Positions 25,721 through 37,014 of a stretch of 64,000 nucleotides of DNA are shown here, one piece after another. Made by a program: the position numbers and the translations under genes. How positions within the stretch are numbered: the first letter of the stretch is position 1; each line of letters begins with the position of its first letter. Under the pieces are notes generated by a model. That model saw only the letters and a program-made list of their open reading frames with translations. It did no database searches and had not been told where the DNA came from. The stretch is from Marsupella aquatica (taxonomy: Eukaryota > Plantae > Marchantiophyta): contig OZ316891.1 of the NCBI GenBank assembly GCA_973895155.1, forward strand, positions 1-64,000. The letters run 5' to 3'.

Positions 25721-28700
25721 TTAATCCTTTAAATCTTTTGTTTGAAGGTTTTGCCACTTGTCTTTCAGATCAATCTGTGTCAAAGTCAATAAAACATGAT
25801 AGATGAGCATGCAATTTGTCTTGTGTGCAAGGGTAAATACAGTAATACAAAAAGCAGGATATAACCATAGAAGACTTACTTCAGACCGGTCAATGAAGTG
25901 TGCACCCTCGGCAGCAAGAATTCGACTCCACTTGCCTGGTCCAAACCTGAAATTAACCTTGGCTTAGAAAACCTCTTGTTCTTAGAGAAAAACACCAATT
26001 AATACCAGCTAGGTAAGATATTACGTCAATGCATTTTGATTGATAAGTCATAGGTTCACTACTTGCCTGCGGACTGCCTGTTTGAGACAATTTGTTTCCT
26101 CTTTAGACCACCTTTTAGTTGCCCTACGAACACATATTAGACCATTGGGGCCTTCTTTCATGACTGCCCGGGTGATCAATTTGGAATTTTGTATTCCAAT
26201 ACAATCTTGATGCAGCCTCAACCTCTTAGATGACGGGCTGGACGTATCCTCCTTCCCTGTGCCCTGCAAAGACATCCAATTTGTAATACTCCAGCAAGGA
26301 TTGCAAACATTACAAAATACAGTACATCTTCCATACTGTACAAGATAGATGTTGTTGTCACCAATGATTAAAAACAAGAAGTTTCCTGCTGACCACCTCA
26401 CCTTGGCACTCGAAGTTGCTAGATTGCCCTCCTCTGCTTTGTCTTTGGATTGGAACGGGGTGATTAGGGACCGAGAAGGAGGATTTAGCAAATCTATAAT
26501 TCGTTTTCTCCCTAAGTTCTTCCCCATATCACAAATGCCTTTGTAATTCTCACTCTGTGGGGCTGGAAGCTCAACTAATCTCTGTTCTTCCGGATGAATT
26601 AGGTGTTGGACTTCATTTGATGATTGTTGCATTTTGCTAGTAGTAATTCCTCTGTTGAGCATATTAACCTATGTGCTCACCTCTGTCACAAAAAAAACAC
26701 CACATTAGAGACTTCAATTCTCCATCAACAGCACATACAAAGACCTAGGAGTCTGAAACTACTCTATACACTATCAATCTGAACTAATCAATGCTAGTTC
26801 TAGTGCAATTTTGGTCAAACTGTAAGACTACATATGAGTTGAACTATGACATTGGTGAGCACTACATACCATACACTGGTTGGGAGGATGCCTGCTTTGG
26901 CAACAATATAGGCGCCATGATCTGCTGGTTGGCCACCTCCAAAGGAGCTCCTTCATTCTCATCTATCAAATTCTCTTTACCTGTTCCAATCTCCACCCGC
27001 CTTTTTCTATAGTGATTCAATTTAGACTGCAAATACAACCATCCAATTAACGGAAATGATATTTCTCCACCACAATATGTATATTCACAATGACTTGCAG
27101 CAAACAACAAATCAGTCCCACCTTTTACCAAATCTGATAGCTAGTGAGAGAAGACAAGGCCCAAACATTGTTAAAACAATGCATCTGTCTCCTAGCCTGT
27201 GAGTGCGGGACAAAACCAATGGAAAAATCCCAAAATTTTTGTGCACCACTCCATCGAGCGGTGCAAATTAAACCAACTATTTAATAAGACATTTAAGAAA
27301 ACAATCCTTTGGAGGAGGAGGGGAAGGGAGAGAATCATGAGCTAAGTTACCCAAGGTTGATCCAAATAAATACTTGAAGCTCAACTCGGACTTCCTCGGC
27401 AACACTTTCATACTTGTCTTTCAAAGTATCCACATCCCTACGAACTGAGGCCAAGGTGGTCACCATCATTTCATTCCTCTGTAGGAGTAGCTCCAACTTG
27501 ACACCTATTGTGTTGTTTGCCTCTACTTGCATCCTCAAGTTGGTCAGTATTGTTTCGTTCCTCTCTGTCTGTAACTCCAAGGTGGTTGTCATCTTCTCAT
27601 TCCAGTCTCTCTGGCGCTCTTTCTCTATTTTCAACTCACCTACAACCTCCATCAAGCACAGGCATGATGTACAACAAGATCTGACTGTTTTTGAAGCTTC
27701 TGAAATGCTCAAGGGGAATACATTCTTTAGTGTGAATATGTCAGAGTGCTCCAGCAACTCCGTACCAGTTGTTGTCAACTCGATACCAAATTTTGTCTTC
27801 AATTTTCCCTGTTCTCTATCCTCTGTTCCAGGCGTTGCTTCCGCTTCGCCCAATGTCTTCCCTGATATTTCATGTTCTTTACCCCCCGACAGAGGTTTTG
27901 TCTCTTGAAGACTCAATGTCTTCATGGACGTTGCATGATCTTCATGGATTATCCCAACCTTTGTCACCATCTCATTGTCACAAGCTCGATTGAACAAAGA
28001 ACCATCTTGGTGTCCGTTCACAAAAGAACCATCTTGCTGACCTTGCGGCTCTGCTCCACTAGTTGAGAATAGCCCGAGAAGTCCTCCACTGCTACATGGA
28101 TCACCCTCATGCACACTAGAAACAACAGTTCCTTTGGCATGTCCTGACATTGCATCATCGTCGTTCACAATTTGCAGATGCATTGTGAGATGTTTTTGTC
28201 CTGTGCAGTTCTCCTCCATCCCGTGGTTTTCCACTCCATGATGCTCCACACCCACTTGAGTAGATGTTTTCCAATGGAATACTTGTGGCCTTGGCAAAGA
28301 CACAATTGAAGGGGACTTCTCACTCAACAGAATTTGCAGATGGGATCCAAAATTGTAAGTGCAAGTCATGTTACCTTTGGAGATTTGTTTCCGGGCTCTG
28401 CAGAGGAGGTCGATCAGTCTCCCGCCAAGATATTCTCCCCAATTCTTCCTACTACTTGTTTCTTCAACTTGCTTTATCTGGCACAAAGACACATCGGCCC
28501 TGCTCCCCTTAAAGTGAAGAGCCCCCAATTGAAACTCTAGCCTCTCTCTGATTAGGGAATCTTTGCAATATTGCAATGAGTAAGAACCATTGCTGTTCCT
28601 TTTAATCCCTGCGAATGACCTTGGATTATATCGAACTGCTTTTTGCTCAAATGGCTCCCCTGACCCTTGCAACTTGAATGTCTTCTTGATAGAATCCAAA

Positions 28701-28936
28701 CTCAAGTCTATTCTTCCCCCACAAACCCATGTTTCAGATTGTTCACTGTCAAAGTTCCGGATGAAATCTATCATGTCAGACTTAGAATGACTCTTAGTGT
28801 CCCAACGAACTCCCAAAACAAAATCTGCAAGCCCATTGTGTTGAAGATATTCTGAATGTCGCGCTTGACACAATGTCGTCACCACAAGTGGTGGGATAAA
28901 ATAGAATGTTGGCATCGCCATAGGCTTGGAAGACAT
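25721..28936 (-). pseudogene. Six-exon gene: plant-transposon-protein-like domain + coiled coil + C-terminal telobox (TRF-like) Myb domain; one in-frame TAG at 26669-26671
   Basis: Exons 28936-27374, 27026-26870, 26682-26402, 26263-26067, 25946-25880, 25774-25721 have consistent phases (one GC-AG intron, AG|GCAAGT at 26066). Spliced C-terminus: KRWSKEETNCLKQAVRRFGPGKWSRILAAEGAHFIDRSEIDLKDKWQNL. Confidence 0.8.
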
Positions 28937-29104
28937 CGTTGTCCCTTCTTCCCACTAGTAGGCATGTACACCAAACCTCTGGTGGCACACTATCTTGGTT
29001 TGATATCAGTTTGATATGTAGACAAATGTCATGCTAGACTGTGGTGACAATGAGAATGGTCGTGCTCCCCAGGTTCTTACAATAGTCTACGAGCCCATTA
29101 CAAT

Positions 29105-29590
29105 AGTGTCAATAACACCAAGTAATTAACATTCATCACCAAGAATGCTAAAAATGCATTTGAGTCAGGATATTCGGGTGCTATGGTGATTGGCGCGAAT
29201 GAAATCCGCCACTTCCCCGGGAAAATTCACAATGTCTATGCACACATGAACCCACTGTCCCTACTTGTCAACCTTGGGTTCAACTAGAAAGAATTGTAGG
29301 GAACTAGATCCAGAGGCACATAGACATGTACAGTAATAAATCTGGTGTACAGTGTCAATAACACCAAGTAATTAACATCCATTGCTCAAAATGCTAAAAT
29401 GCATTTGAGTCCAGATATCCGGTTACTATGGTGATAGGCACAAATGAAATCCACCACTTCGAGGAAGATCCACAAAGTATGCACGCAGGAACCCATGTAC
29501 TGTCCCTACCCATCAACCTTGGTTCAACTGAAAACATTGTAGGGGAACTAGATCTAGAGACACGTAGCTATGTTTTGCAATAAATCTAGT
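29105..29590. repeat. Diverged tandem duplication, ~246-bp unit, upstream of the Myb-fusion gene
   Basis: AGTGTCAATAACACCAAGTAATTAACAT at 29105 and 29351. Confidence 0.8.
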
Positions 29591-30702
29591 GTGATTCAAT
29601 CCGCACAATTATGTTTAACTATTCAATCTGTACAATTATGTTTAACTACAGTACAATATTCACGCTTATTCTATGATCCAAGCCGTCACCAAAGATTTGC
29701 TCTAGAGGGATAATAATGTGGATTCCTATGAATCACCTAACAAGAAGCGGGCACTAACTAAGTACAAGTGTCCCTAATTAAGGCTTCCATGCTTGAATTG
29801 GTCTTAGCCAATAGGAAGCAAGACCAAATTAACAATACTTTTTGTGTCCTCATGAATACATATATTCGAAGCTCTTAATCTACCACCAATGCTCTCTCCC
29901 CTTGCACCAGCCTAGGTACTTACATTCTTGAGGAGACCCATCTAGTGTGTCTAGAATGTTATACACAAGCCAAGGGAGAAGGAATTTTTTGCCCATTCCC
30001 TTTCTTTCAGTACACCTCTGTATGACATAAATTCCCATTGCGACATTTTCCTTTCTAGCATAGAGTGGGAGCCACACAAGGAGCCACGGCTCCACCCTTT
30101 CCCATTCTTTCAGTGTGCCTTTGGTGTAGAGCAGGAGCCAAATATTGGAACTGTGTAATCCTGCACACCTCTAAGCTTGAACTCAGGCAGGCTAATTTCA
30201 TAGTGTGTCGGATTGGGATATGACAAAAAGCTAAAATCTCAGCCCACAAGATGCAGGTAATTAAGATTCCTAGTTAGAGAACCCCTCCCTAACCCTAGTA
30301 CTTCCGGAATGACATACAAACGGGCATACAAAGGCCCAAAGGAAAATGAATTTTTTGCCTTTCCCAATCTTTCAGTTCTTTTAGTGCACCTTTAGCGTAG
30401 AGCAATCCAAAAGGATGAATAGGGCATGTCAAAGTGTTACAGTCCAAAAAAATAAATCAAAGTGTTGTGGGATTTGTATTTTGGTAGCCCATAGTGATTT
30501 TGTCTTGACTGTAATAGTGTTTTATGACCTGAGCAATAATTGAGTTACATCTATGCAGCTTTAACACTCCCTAATGGAATCTTGGAACTATGTAATCATG
30601 CACCTCAGAGCTTGAACTTAGGTGGGCTAACTTCATGGTATGTACCTTTAGTATAAGGCAAACAAATAAAATTCCAGCAGACAGGATCATCCTAATTCAC
30701 CA

Positions 30703-31880
30703 TGTACAAATATTGAGGCGAGACCAAGGAAAGAACTGTACACTCCTTGGGACAAATCAATAGTAGATTTATGAAGGTGAGTACCTTAACATCAAAATCC
30801 CCCCTTTCTTCCCACCTAGTACATGTAAAATATTCATAAATCTAATGATAAAAATTACAACTTACAACTGCATTTCGGTACTCAGATCTGAAATGGTTCG
30901 TGTACTATTTGACCGGAATTATAATTTTTACTGAATTAGAATTAAAATCTTGAAAAACTTTATGTGGATTTGTTTGCTACAGTGTGGGAAGATCTAAAAA
31001 AATTGACACCATAAAATTGAAGTTTACACTTTATTGGATTCTTTATTATGAAATATTCTTGAACTTTTAGTTAGAAAAGTTCTTAAACTAAAGTCCTCAA
31101 GGTTTTGAAGGACACTGTTTTTGAATGGCTATCAAAGATGTCACCTTTTGGATGTGGTTACAATTATCCCTATTTTCATTGCTCCCCGTGTGAATGAGGG
31201 TACTCTTATCTCCTGAGGGTACCCTTGTGCTTGAGGGTACTCTTATCAGTGAGGGTACTCTTATCAGCGAGGGTACTCTTATCAATGGGTACGCTTATCA
31301 ATAATGGTACTTTGATCAATAAGGGTACCCTTATCAATGAGGATACTCTTATCTCCTGAGGGTACCCTTGCGTATGAGGGTACTCTTATCAATGAGGGTA
31401 CTCTTATATCAGCAAGAGTACTCTTATCAATGAGGATACTCTTATATCAGCAAGAGTACTCTTATCAATTAATGGGTACACTTATCAACAATGGTACTTT
31501 GATAATGAGGGTACCCTTATCAGTGAGGGTATTCTTATCTCCTAAGGGTACCCTTGTGTTGGGCCTTGTGCATGAGGGTACTCTTATTAATGAGGGTAAT
31601 TTTATTAGTCATAGCAAGCAACAAAGCAGGCAGGGAACCCCATGAAGGCGCCCCGCACCGGCAAAAGGACTCCGAACATACTGAAAAGACCCTAAACCTC
31701 ACTAGACCAACATTTTGGGTATTGCATGGACAAATACTAGCCGAAGTACATGCCTAAATTTACCTGCTCTGTATTAGTTCCCTAAACCAGGGGTGATTTT
31801 TTTCATCAAATCCATACATTGTATCCTAGTTTTTTTCACACATGATGTAAACCTACATAATGTGAAAGTGGGAGAGAAGA
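30703..31880. repeat. Internal partial third copy of block A (matches 3945-5192), including the 18-bp array
   Basis: Starts TGTACAAATATTGAGGCGAGACC and ends GTGAAAGTGGGAGAGAAGA. Confidence 0.9.
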
Positions 31881-32055
31881 CTTATGATTTGATACAATCT
31901 TCATTTAACTATAGTACAATATTCACTAATCATCAGTATATATGGTAAGCTCCAATTCCTCCATATAGTATGTAGACAAAAATTGAAGCAATTGATGAAA
32001 TAATTAACAATTTCATTACACTTGATATTAATTACAGTGCTTCCTTACTTCTTCC

Positions 32056-35000
32056 TCACCAGTACTCAGGATATTTTGTTTTCACAATAGCAACAGCAAA
32101 CAAAACAAAGTTATTCACTACTTTCCCTGTACCTATCTGCATGAACCAAGTAGCAAGTTCTTCATCACTTTTCTCTCGAATTTCCGGAAATTCCTTGAAC
32201 AATTCTGTTTGTATCCGAGAAACCCTCCAGCCTTGCCACACAAAATGTCGAAGACGCTCGCCTGTTCTATCATTGCACTGATCACCATATGGTCCTTTAT
32301 GAATACACATTCCAGTGACAACTACAGTATGTTGAAAGTGACACTTAAAACAAGTCCATGCATTTTGAGGGAATGTGTTCTTGCAGGTCCGGGCCTGGTG
32401 AGATCCTAGACATCTAAAACACAATGACCGCAATATAGGACAGTTGACAGCATTGTGTACTTCTTGCTCCCTTGATTCAGGACACTGACAAATTAAGCAT
32501 TGACTTCCATCACCCGCAAAAGTTCTGATGATACGAAGATCCCTTTTATCACTCTCAAAAGATCGGCTGTGTGCCATAGCCCTTAGCCTTGCAACCACAG
32601 GCTCTGCTTCATGTACCCCTTGTATAATTGGGGTCATCGGCAAGGTGTTTCCTTGTCGTCTTGGCATGGGAGTGGCTGGGGGTTGCGTAGGAGTTTCATA
32701 TGTTGACTCATCCGAACCCCCTCTTCCTGGAATTCCCATTGAAGATGATGCTACCTCATGTGGTGGAATTGAGGCTGTTCTACAAGGAATGTCTTGTGTG
32801 AACACCTCAAAGTCAACTATGTCCACACCTGGGCTGCACATCACAGATGCTTGGGAACACAAGTCACACAAACTAGAGAATGGAATAAGATGACATACTT
32901 GAGGTTTTCCATCGACCTGGTCATGGAGCCCAAACCGACGACATGATGTCTTGTTCTCTATCCATTTGTGTGAAGCCGCTGTGGTTGAATCAATGCGTTC
33001 GGCCATCTTGCGATAAGCAAGGTTGGTCACCACATAACTCATCGCCGGGAGCCCATCACGTCCACCTCGTCCAGATTCTTGGTGGAAGTGTTCCAGAGAC
33101 CTGAAACTACCACGATGAATGACAAGCTTAACCCATTTATAATTGTATCCACTACTAATCACTCCGGTGGCCACCATGATCTTACAAGCACCTGACGTCC
33201 AAGAACTCAATGAAGCCCTCTTCACCGCTATGTCCAGATGCGCATGCACATACACACATGACATTTCTTTCCCTTGGAGGATTCTTGTAGTTGATTCCAC
33301 CTCCTCGCGGGTTAGACAAAATACTAGGGCCCTCTCTTCTGGCAAAGAATATGCTCTCCAATCACGCAGAAGACTCACTATTTCTTGATCCATCATGTTA
33401 TGGCCAACCTCAACAACGGCATACCTGATGTTGGGTCTCACAGTAGGACAACGAATCCACACCATCTCTGTAGCTAACATCCGCTCAATATCAACTTGAT
33501 TCTTGGGTGCTAGGGATGCAGTTAACCCTATGATTTGGCAATTAATTTCCATGAGGCCAACCAACTTTTTCATTGACGGTCGAAAGTCAGATAACATGAG
33601 GTGCACCTCGTCGTAGACAATGGAATGCAAGGAACCACTGCATTTCAACTGCTTTGCCAAGATAATGAATAGTTTGGATTCTGCAGCAATCTCCACAGCC
33701 ACAAAAATGATCGAAGGAGGTCTTGCCACTTCGACTGCACCATCCTTATACACAACACAACTAATATTTGCTTGTTTGCATTCCTCTACGTGGCCCTCTA
33801 CTAGGATAGTGAGTGGAACGATCACAATCACCGTCCTATTCTGTCCCATGGTGGAAGGTGCCATGAACACCAATGATTTTCCAGACCCAGTGGGTAGTAT
33901 GGCAACAAAGTCCACCACATTATCTATGGATAGAGCAACTGCTGTTGCTTGTTCCGACGATTTCCACTGTTGATGACCAAGCCTTCTTAAGGCTTGACAA
34001 GCTCCAGCAGTCCTATTGAGACAAACTTGTAGCAGGGGATCACTTTCTCCACTTGCCAATAATGTCTGATGGATGTTTGAGTGGAAAACTGTAAACCGCC
34101 TCCTTTTGGGAATTTGCCTCACCTCATATTCAACACCTCCAACGGGTCCCAAAAAGTCAAAAGGTGCAGTTGACATTACCTCGGGCCTCTGTGACCCACC
34201 GAGGCCAACCAACTTGTGCCACAATCGTGACACCAATACACACCCTCTTAAACTATGTCCATCCATGCCTCTAGGATCCTTTGTACTATGAGCATAGTGA
34301 TGGCCGACCGTAGCTGTTTCATGACCACCTGCTACATCCACAAGGTCTTCTTGTAAATGGGCCTTACAAGCTCCTATATTCTCACTCCAATGTGCTGCCA
34401 CATGCCGGTACTTTGCAATCCCAAATGGAATGCCACAGTGCTTTTGGAAAGCATCTAATACACTGGCAGAAAGGTCTGCTCCCGTCAGCCTCTTGTCCAT
34501 GGCCACAAACCAACAATCCAGGTACATTGCTGCAACTTCCGGACCCCACAAAATATTCGCCACGAAAGATTGTACTGGGCGAACTAGACATAACAATTTC
34601 ACAAATAGGTGGCTTTGATTGTCAGGAATGAACCGAGCAGTGAGGTTTATAGGTTTCCCAGCATTTGCACATTTTTGGTAGGATTGATAAACCATCAGCG
34701 TATCAGATAACCAAATGAATGCTCTATCCCCAGTGGCAGTGTTGCGAATCAATAGGCTCGAGTATTCTTCCCCTCTTGCAGGTAATCCAGAACAGAAATG
34801 CAGAAGTAGGTTCAATAGCCTCTGTAGCTTGGAACATGCAACCATCCACCTGTGGAGTGCAGGCATGTTCCAAATAACTCCATTTACATTGTCCACTCGT
34901 AGGATGAAATGTGCCATCATCATAGTATTACTGAACATGTGGTTCAATAGATCCTTTCCATGTTGTTGGAACTCTGGATTTTGGGCGTCTATGAGAAAAG

Positions 35001-37014
35001 AATAATTCACTTCGTCTGTCTGGACAGCATCATGAATGCAGCCCTTGGTACTCACCAAATTGAGTATCCATTCAGATTTGAGACCGAGAAGAACATCATG
35101 GTTGAGTGTTGTTGTCGCTTCTTCAACAATGGCACGGATCATATCCCTGAACGCATTCAATGTGATAATATCACCGTCAATTGAGCATGCTGTTTGTGTA
35201 TCGTCCATGTGTATGAGATTTGGTCGAGCATGGGTGCCTCGATTAATTGTTTTTGCCAGTCGCATGTACTGCCGAACTTGAGTAATCGGCGTGTCCAATG
35301 CCACATCGCTCACGTATTTCTCCAGGATGTTTACTTCATTCCCAGGTAGGCCATGTGGGTTTGGATGCCAAAGAGCTTGTGAGAGTTCCATCAGGATTGT
35401 ACATCTTGCCCAGTAGTGAAGTATTGCCAATATTTTGGTGATTTTCCCAATTTTGCAAAATGCATACCCTGTGGATTGGGAACCCAGCCCGTCACTCTTT
35501 AGAGAGTGGAGGATAAAGAACCGAGTGAGCAAACAATCCGCCGGTGAACGAGCATACAACAGCTCCGGAATTTTTGGAGTCCAGAGAAGAAGTAGTACTC
35601 GATGGATATTTGTGAGATCAATATCACCTTCTTCTGCAGGCCGCGCCTCACTTGGTTGGCCTAATTGTGCCAATAATTGTTGCAGGGCACCTTTTAGATC
35701 TGGCCTATCTGTGTATATAACACAATGTTGAGGCCGAGAATCATAAGTACAAGAACGAATGAGGCAAAGAAGAAGGGAAACCATTCCAGCACAGTATTGT
35801 GGAACAGTGTTTTTCTCTTGTAGTCCACCCAATCCCCTTGTGACATCGGCATTTGGAGTCGGCTTCATCACCATTCTTTGCACCCTATAATCTAAATTTC
35901 CACTAAGAATATTTCTTGTGCATGTCATGTACGCATGGACCACAGTGCCCAAGTACGATAGTGAAGACCCAGGGTCGGCGGGCCTTGGGGGTTCCATCTC
36001 AGATTGCACTTCAACAAATGGCACACCTTCCGGCATGAACTGGGATGCAATCTCATGCCATCTTGATACCCTTAGCCACGGCGACAATTCCCTCACTGGA
36101 GGTGCAAGATCTGTCTTTAATGACTGTAGATGAGCTTGAAAAACTTTTGCGTCTGCACCTCTCGTACTCTGAGCTACTGCATTGTCCGCAAGGTACACAT
36201 TGCCATGGTCCACTCCATAGAATTTGCGGCCGACTCCCTTGAAGAGGGCTTGCACTTGACATGGAGTAGCAATGTCCTTGAAACCAAGGTGGTTGTGTTT
36301 CATACATTGGTGATTTGCCATCGTCCGCTGTGATCTACAAAAGAAGATACATCTTGAGCAAGAGAAGCCCCAATGAATGAGGACGCCCGGAACTGGAGAC
36401 AACAATTCTGCAGTTGGATTGATTGTGTATGGTAGTAGGGACGCATCATTTGTACGTGTGAACAACACACCCTGCAACAAAACCGACAATTGCTCTGGTG
36501 TTGGATTCGTGATTGAATTTTGTGTTGCAACTCTCACCCTGTCCATGTTCCTTCGATGACTTCCAACATGACGGATAATGCTACTTCCTTCCGTGTGCTG
36601 AAGGGCTGTATGGCATTGCAAGCATACTAGAAGAACAAGGTTGTTGTGGTGAACAATGCAAAGCTTTGCATTTCTCAACATGTCTGGTGTTGCTAACAGG
36701 TCATGATCTAGGATAGTGGTGGGGACTTGGTTGACAATTGGATCGTCTACATCCATGAACGGGTCAACTCCTACTGCTTCATTGTGTTTCCTTTTGTAGT
36801 GAAGACGTAAACTATCACTACGGGGATAGGACGAGGAACATGTGGCCACAGGGCAATGGAATCGACCATCCTCTTCTTTCTCAATGATCTGGGTTGTGCC
36901 ATTGTTGAGCTGCAATTGGTAAGTAGAACGGTGAACTGAGCGGGAATGGGAACTGCGAGAGTTTGCTGACTGAAATTCTTCCCCACACTGACTACATCCA
37001 AATACTGTCACCAT
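32056..37014 (-). CDS. 1652-aa zinc finger / DUF3505-like + tyrosine-recombinase-like + RecQ (SF2 DEAH-type) helicase fusion, telomere-linked-helicase-like
   Basis: Uninterrupted ORF. C2H2 fingers (CSQC..HSRSVH, CPVATC..HYKRKH). YR-like motifs PARGEE, KYRH, GGH-x8-Y. Helicase motifs LPTGSGKS, DEVH, TAS, QESGRGGRDG; RecQ Zn module CRR..C..CDLC; C-terminal CCHC-like knuckles. Splice-acceptor-like TTTTTCATGCAG just upstream of the ATG. Confidence 0.9.
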   Translation of the reverse strand: MVTVFGCSQCGEEFQSANSRSSHSRSVHRSTYQLQLNNGTTQIIEKEEDGRFHCPVATCSSSYPRSDSLRLHYKRKHNEAVGVDPFMDVDDPIVNQVPTTILDHDLLATPDMLRNAKLCIVHHNNLVLLVCLQCHTALQHTEGSSIIRHVGSHRRNMDRVRVATQNSITNPTPEQLSVLLQGVLFTRTNDASLLPYTINPTAELLSPVPGVLIHWGFSCSRCIFFCRSQRTMANHQCMKHNHLGFKDIATPCQVQALFKGVGRKFYGVDHGNVYLADNAVAQSTRGADAKVFQAHLQSLKTDLAPPVRELSPWLRVSRWHEIASQFMPEGVPFVEVQSEMEPPRPADPGSSLSYLGTVVHAYMTCTRNILSGNLDYRVQRMVMKPTPNADVTRGLGGLQEKNTVPQYCAGMVSLLLCLIRSCTYDSRPQHCVIYTDRPDLKGALQQLLAQLGQPSEARPAEEGDIDLTNIHRVLLLLWTPKIPELLYARSPADCLLTRFFILHSLKSDGLGSQSTGYAFCKIGKITKILAILHYWARCTILMELSQALWHPNPHGLPGNEVNILEKYVSDVALDTPITQVRQYMRLAKTINRGTHARPNLIHMDDTQTACSIDGDIITLNAFRDMIRAIVEEATTTLNHDVLLGLKSEWILNLVSTKGCIHDAVQTDEVNYSFLIDAQNPEFQQHGKDLLNHMFSNTMMMAHFILRVDNVNGVIWNMPALHRWMVACSKLQRLLNLLLHFCSGLPARGEEYSSLLIRNTATGDRAFIWLSDTLMVYQSYQKCANAGKPINLTARFIPDNQSHLFVKLLCLVRPVQSFVANILWGPEVAAMYLDCWFVAMDKRLTGADLSASVLDAFQKHCGIPFGIAKYRHVAAHWSENIGACKAHLQEDLVDVAGGHETATVGHHYAHSTKDPRGMDGHSLRGCVLVSRLWHKLVGLGGSQRPEVMSTAPFDFLGPVGGVEYEVRQIPKRRRFTVFHSNIHQTLLASGESDPLLQVCLNRTAGACQALRRLGHQQWKSSEQATAVALSIDNVVDFVAILPTGSGKSLVFMAPSTMGQNRTVIVIVPLTILVEGHVEECKQANISCVVYKDGAVEVARPPSIIFVAVEIAAESKLFIILAKQLKCSGSLHSIVYDEVHLMLSDFRPSMKKLVGLMEINCQIIGLTASLAPKNQVDIERMLATEMVWIRCPTVRPNIRYAVVEVGHNMMDQEIVSLLRDWRAYSLPEERALVFCLTREEVESTTRILQGKEMSCVYVHAHLDIAVKRASLSSWTSGACKIMVATGVISSGYNYKWVKLVIHRGSFRSLEHFHQESGRGGRDGLPAMSYVVTNLAYRKMAERIDSTTAASHKWIENKTSCRRFGLHDQVDGKPQVCHLIPFSSLCDLCSQASVMCSPGVDIVDFEVFTQDIPCRTASIPPHEVASSSMGIPGRGGSDESTYETPTQPPATPMPRRQGNTLPMTPIIQGVHEAEPVVARLRAMAHSRSFESDKRDLRIIRTFAGDGSQCLICQCPESREQEVHNAVNCPILRSLCFRCLGSHQARTCKNTFPQNAWTCFKCHFQHTVVVTGMCIHKGPYGDQCNDRTGERLRHFVWQGWRVSRIQTELFKEFPEIREKSDEELATWFMQIGTGKVVNNFVLFAVAIVKTKYPEYW

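Noticed and set aside
32209-36559. Numerous plus-strand ORFs antisense to YR-RecQ, Copia pol and the 4-kb element gene
   Set aside because: Shadow ORFs of long coding sequences with no independent motifs
32056-37014. Ordinary host RECQ gene or AcademH transposon
   Set aside because: No introns in the ORF, no recognisable HRDC, and an extra ~1000-aa N-terminus with YR-like motifs; no Academ transposase, TIRs or TSD seen
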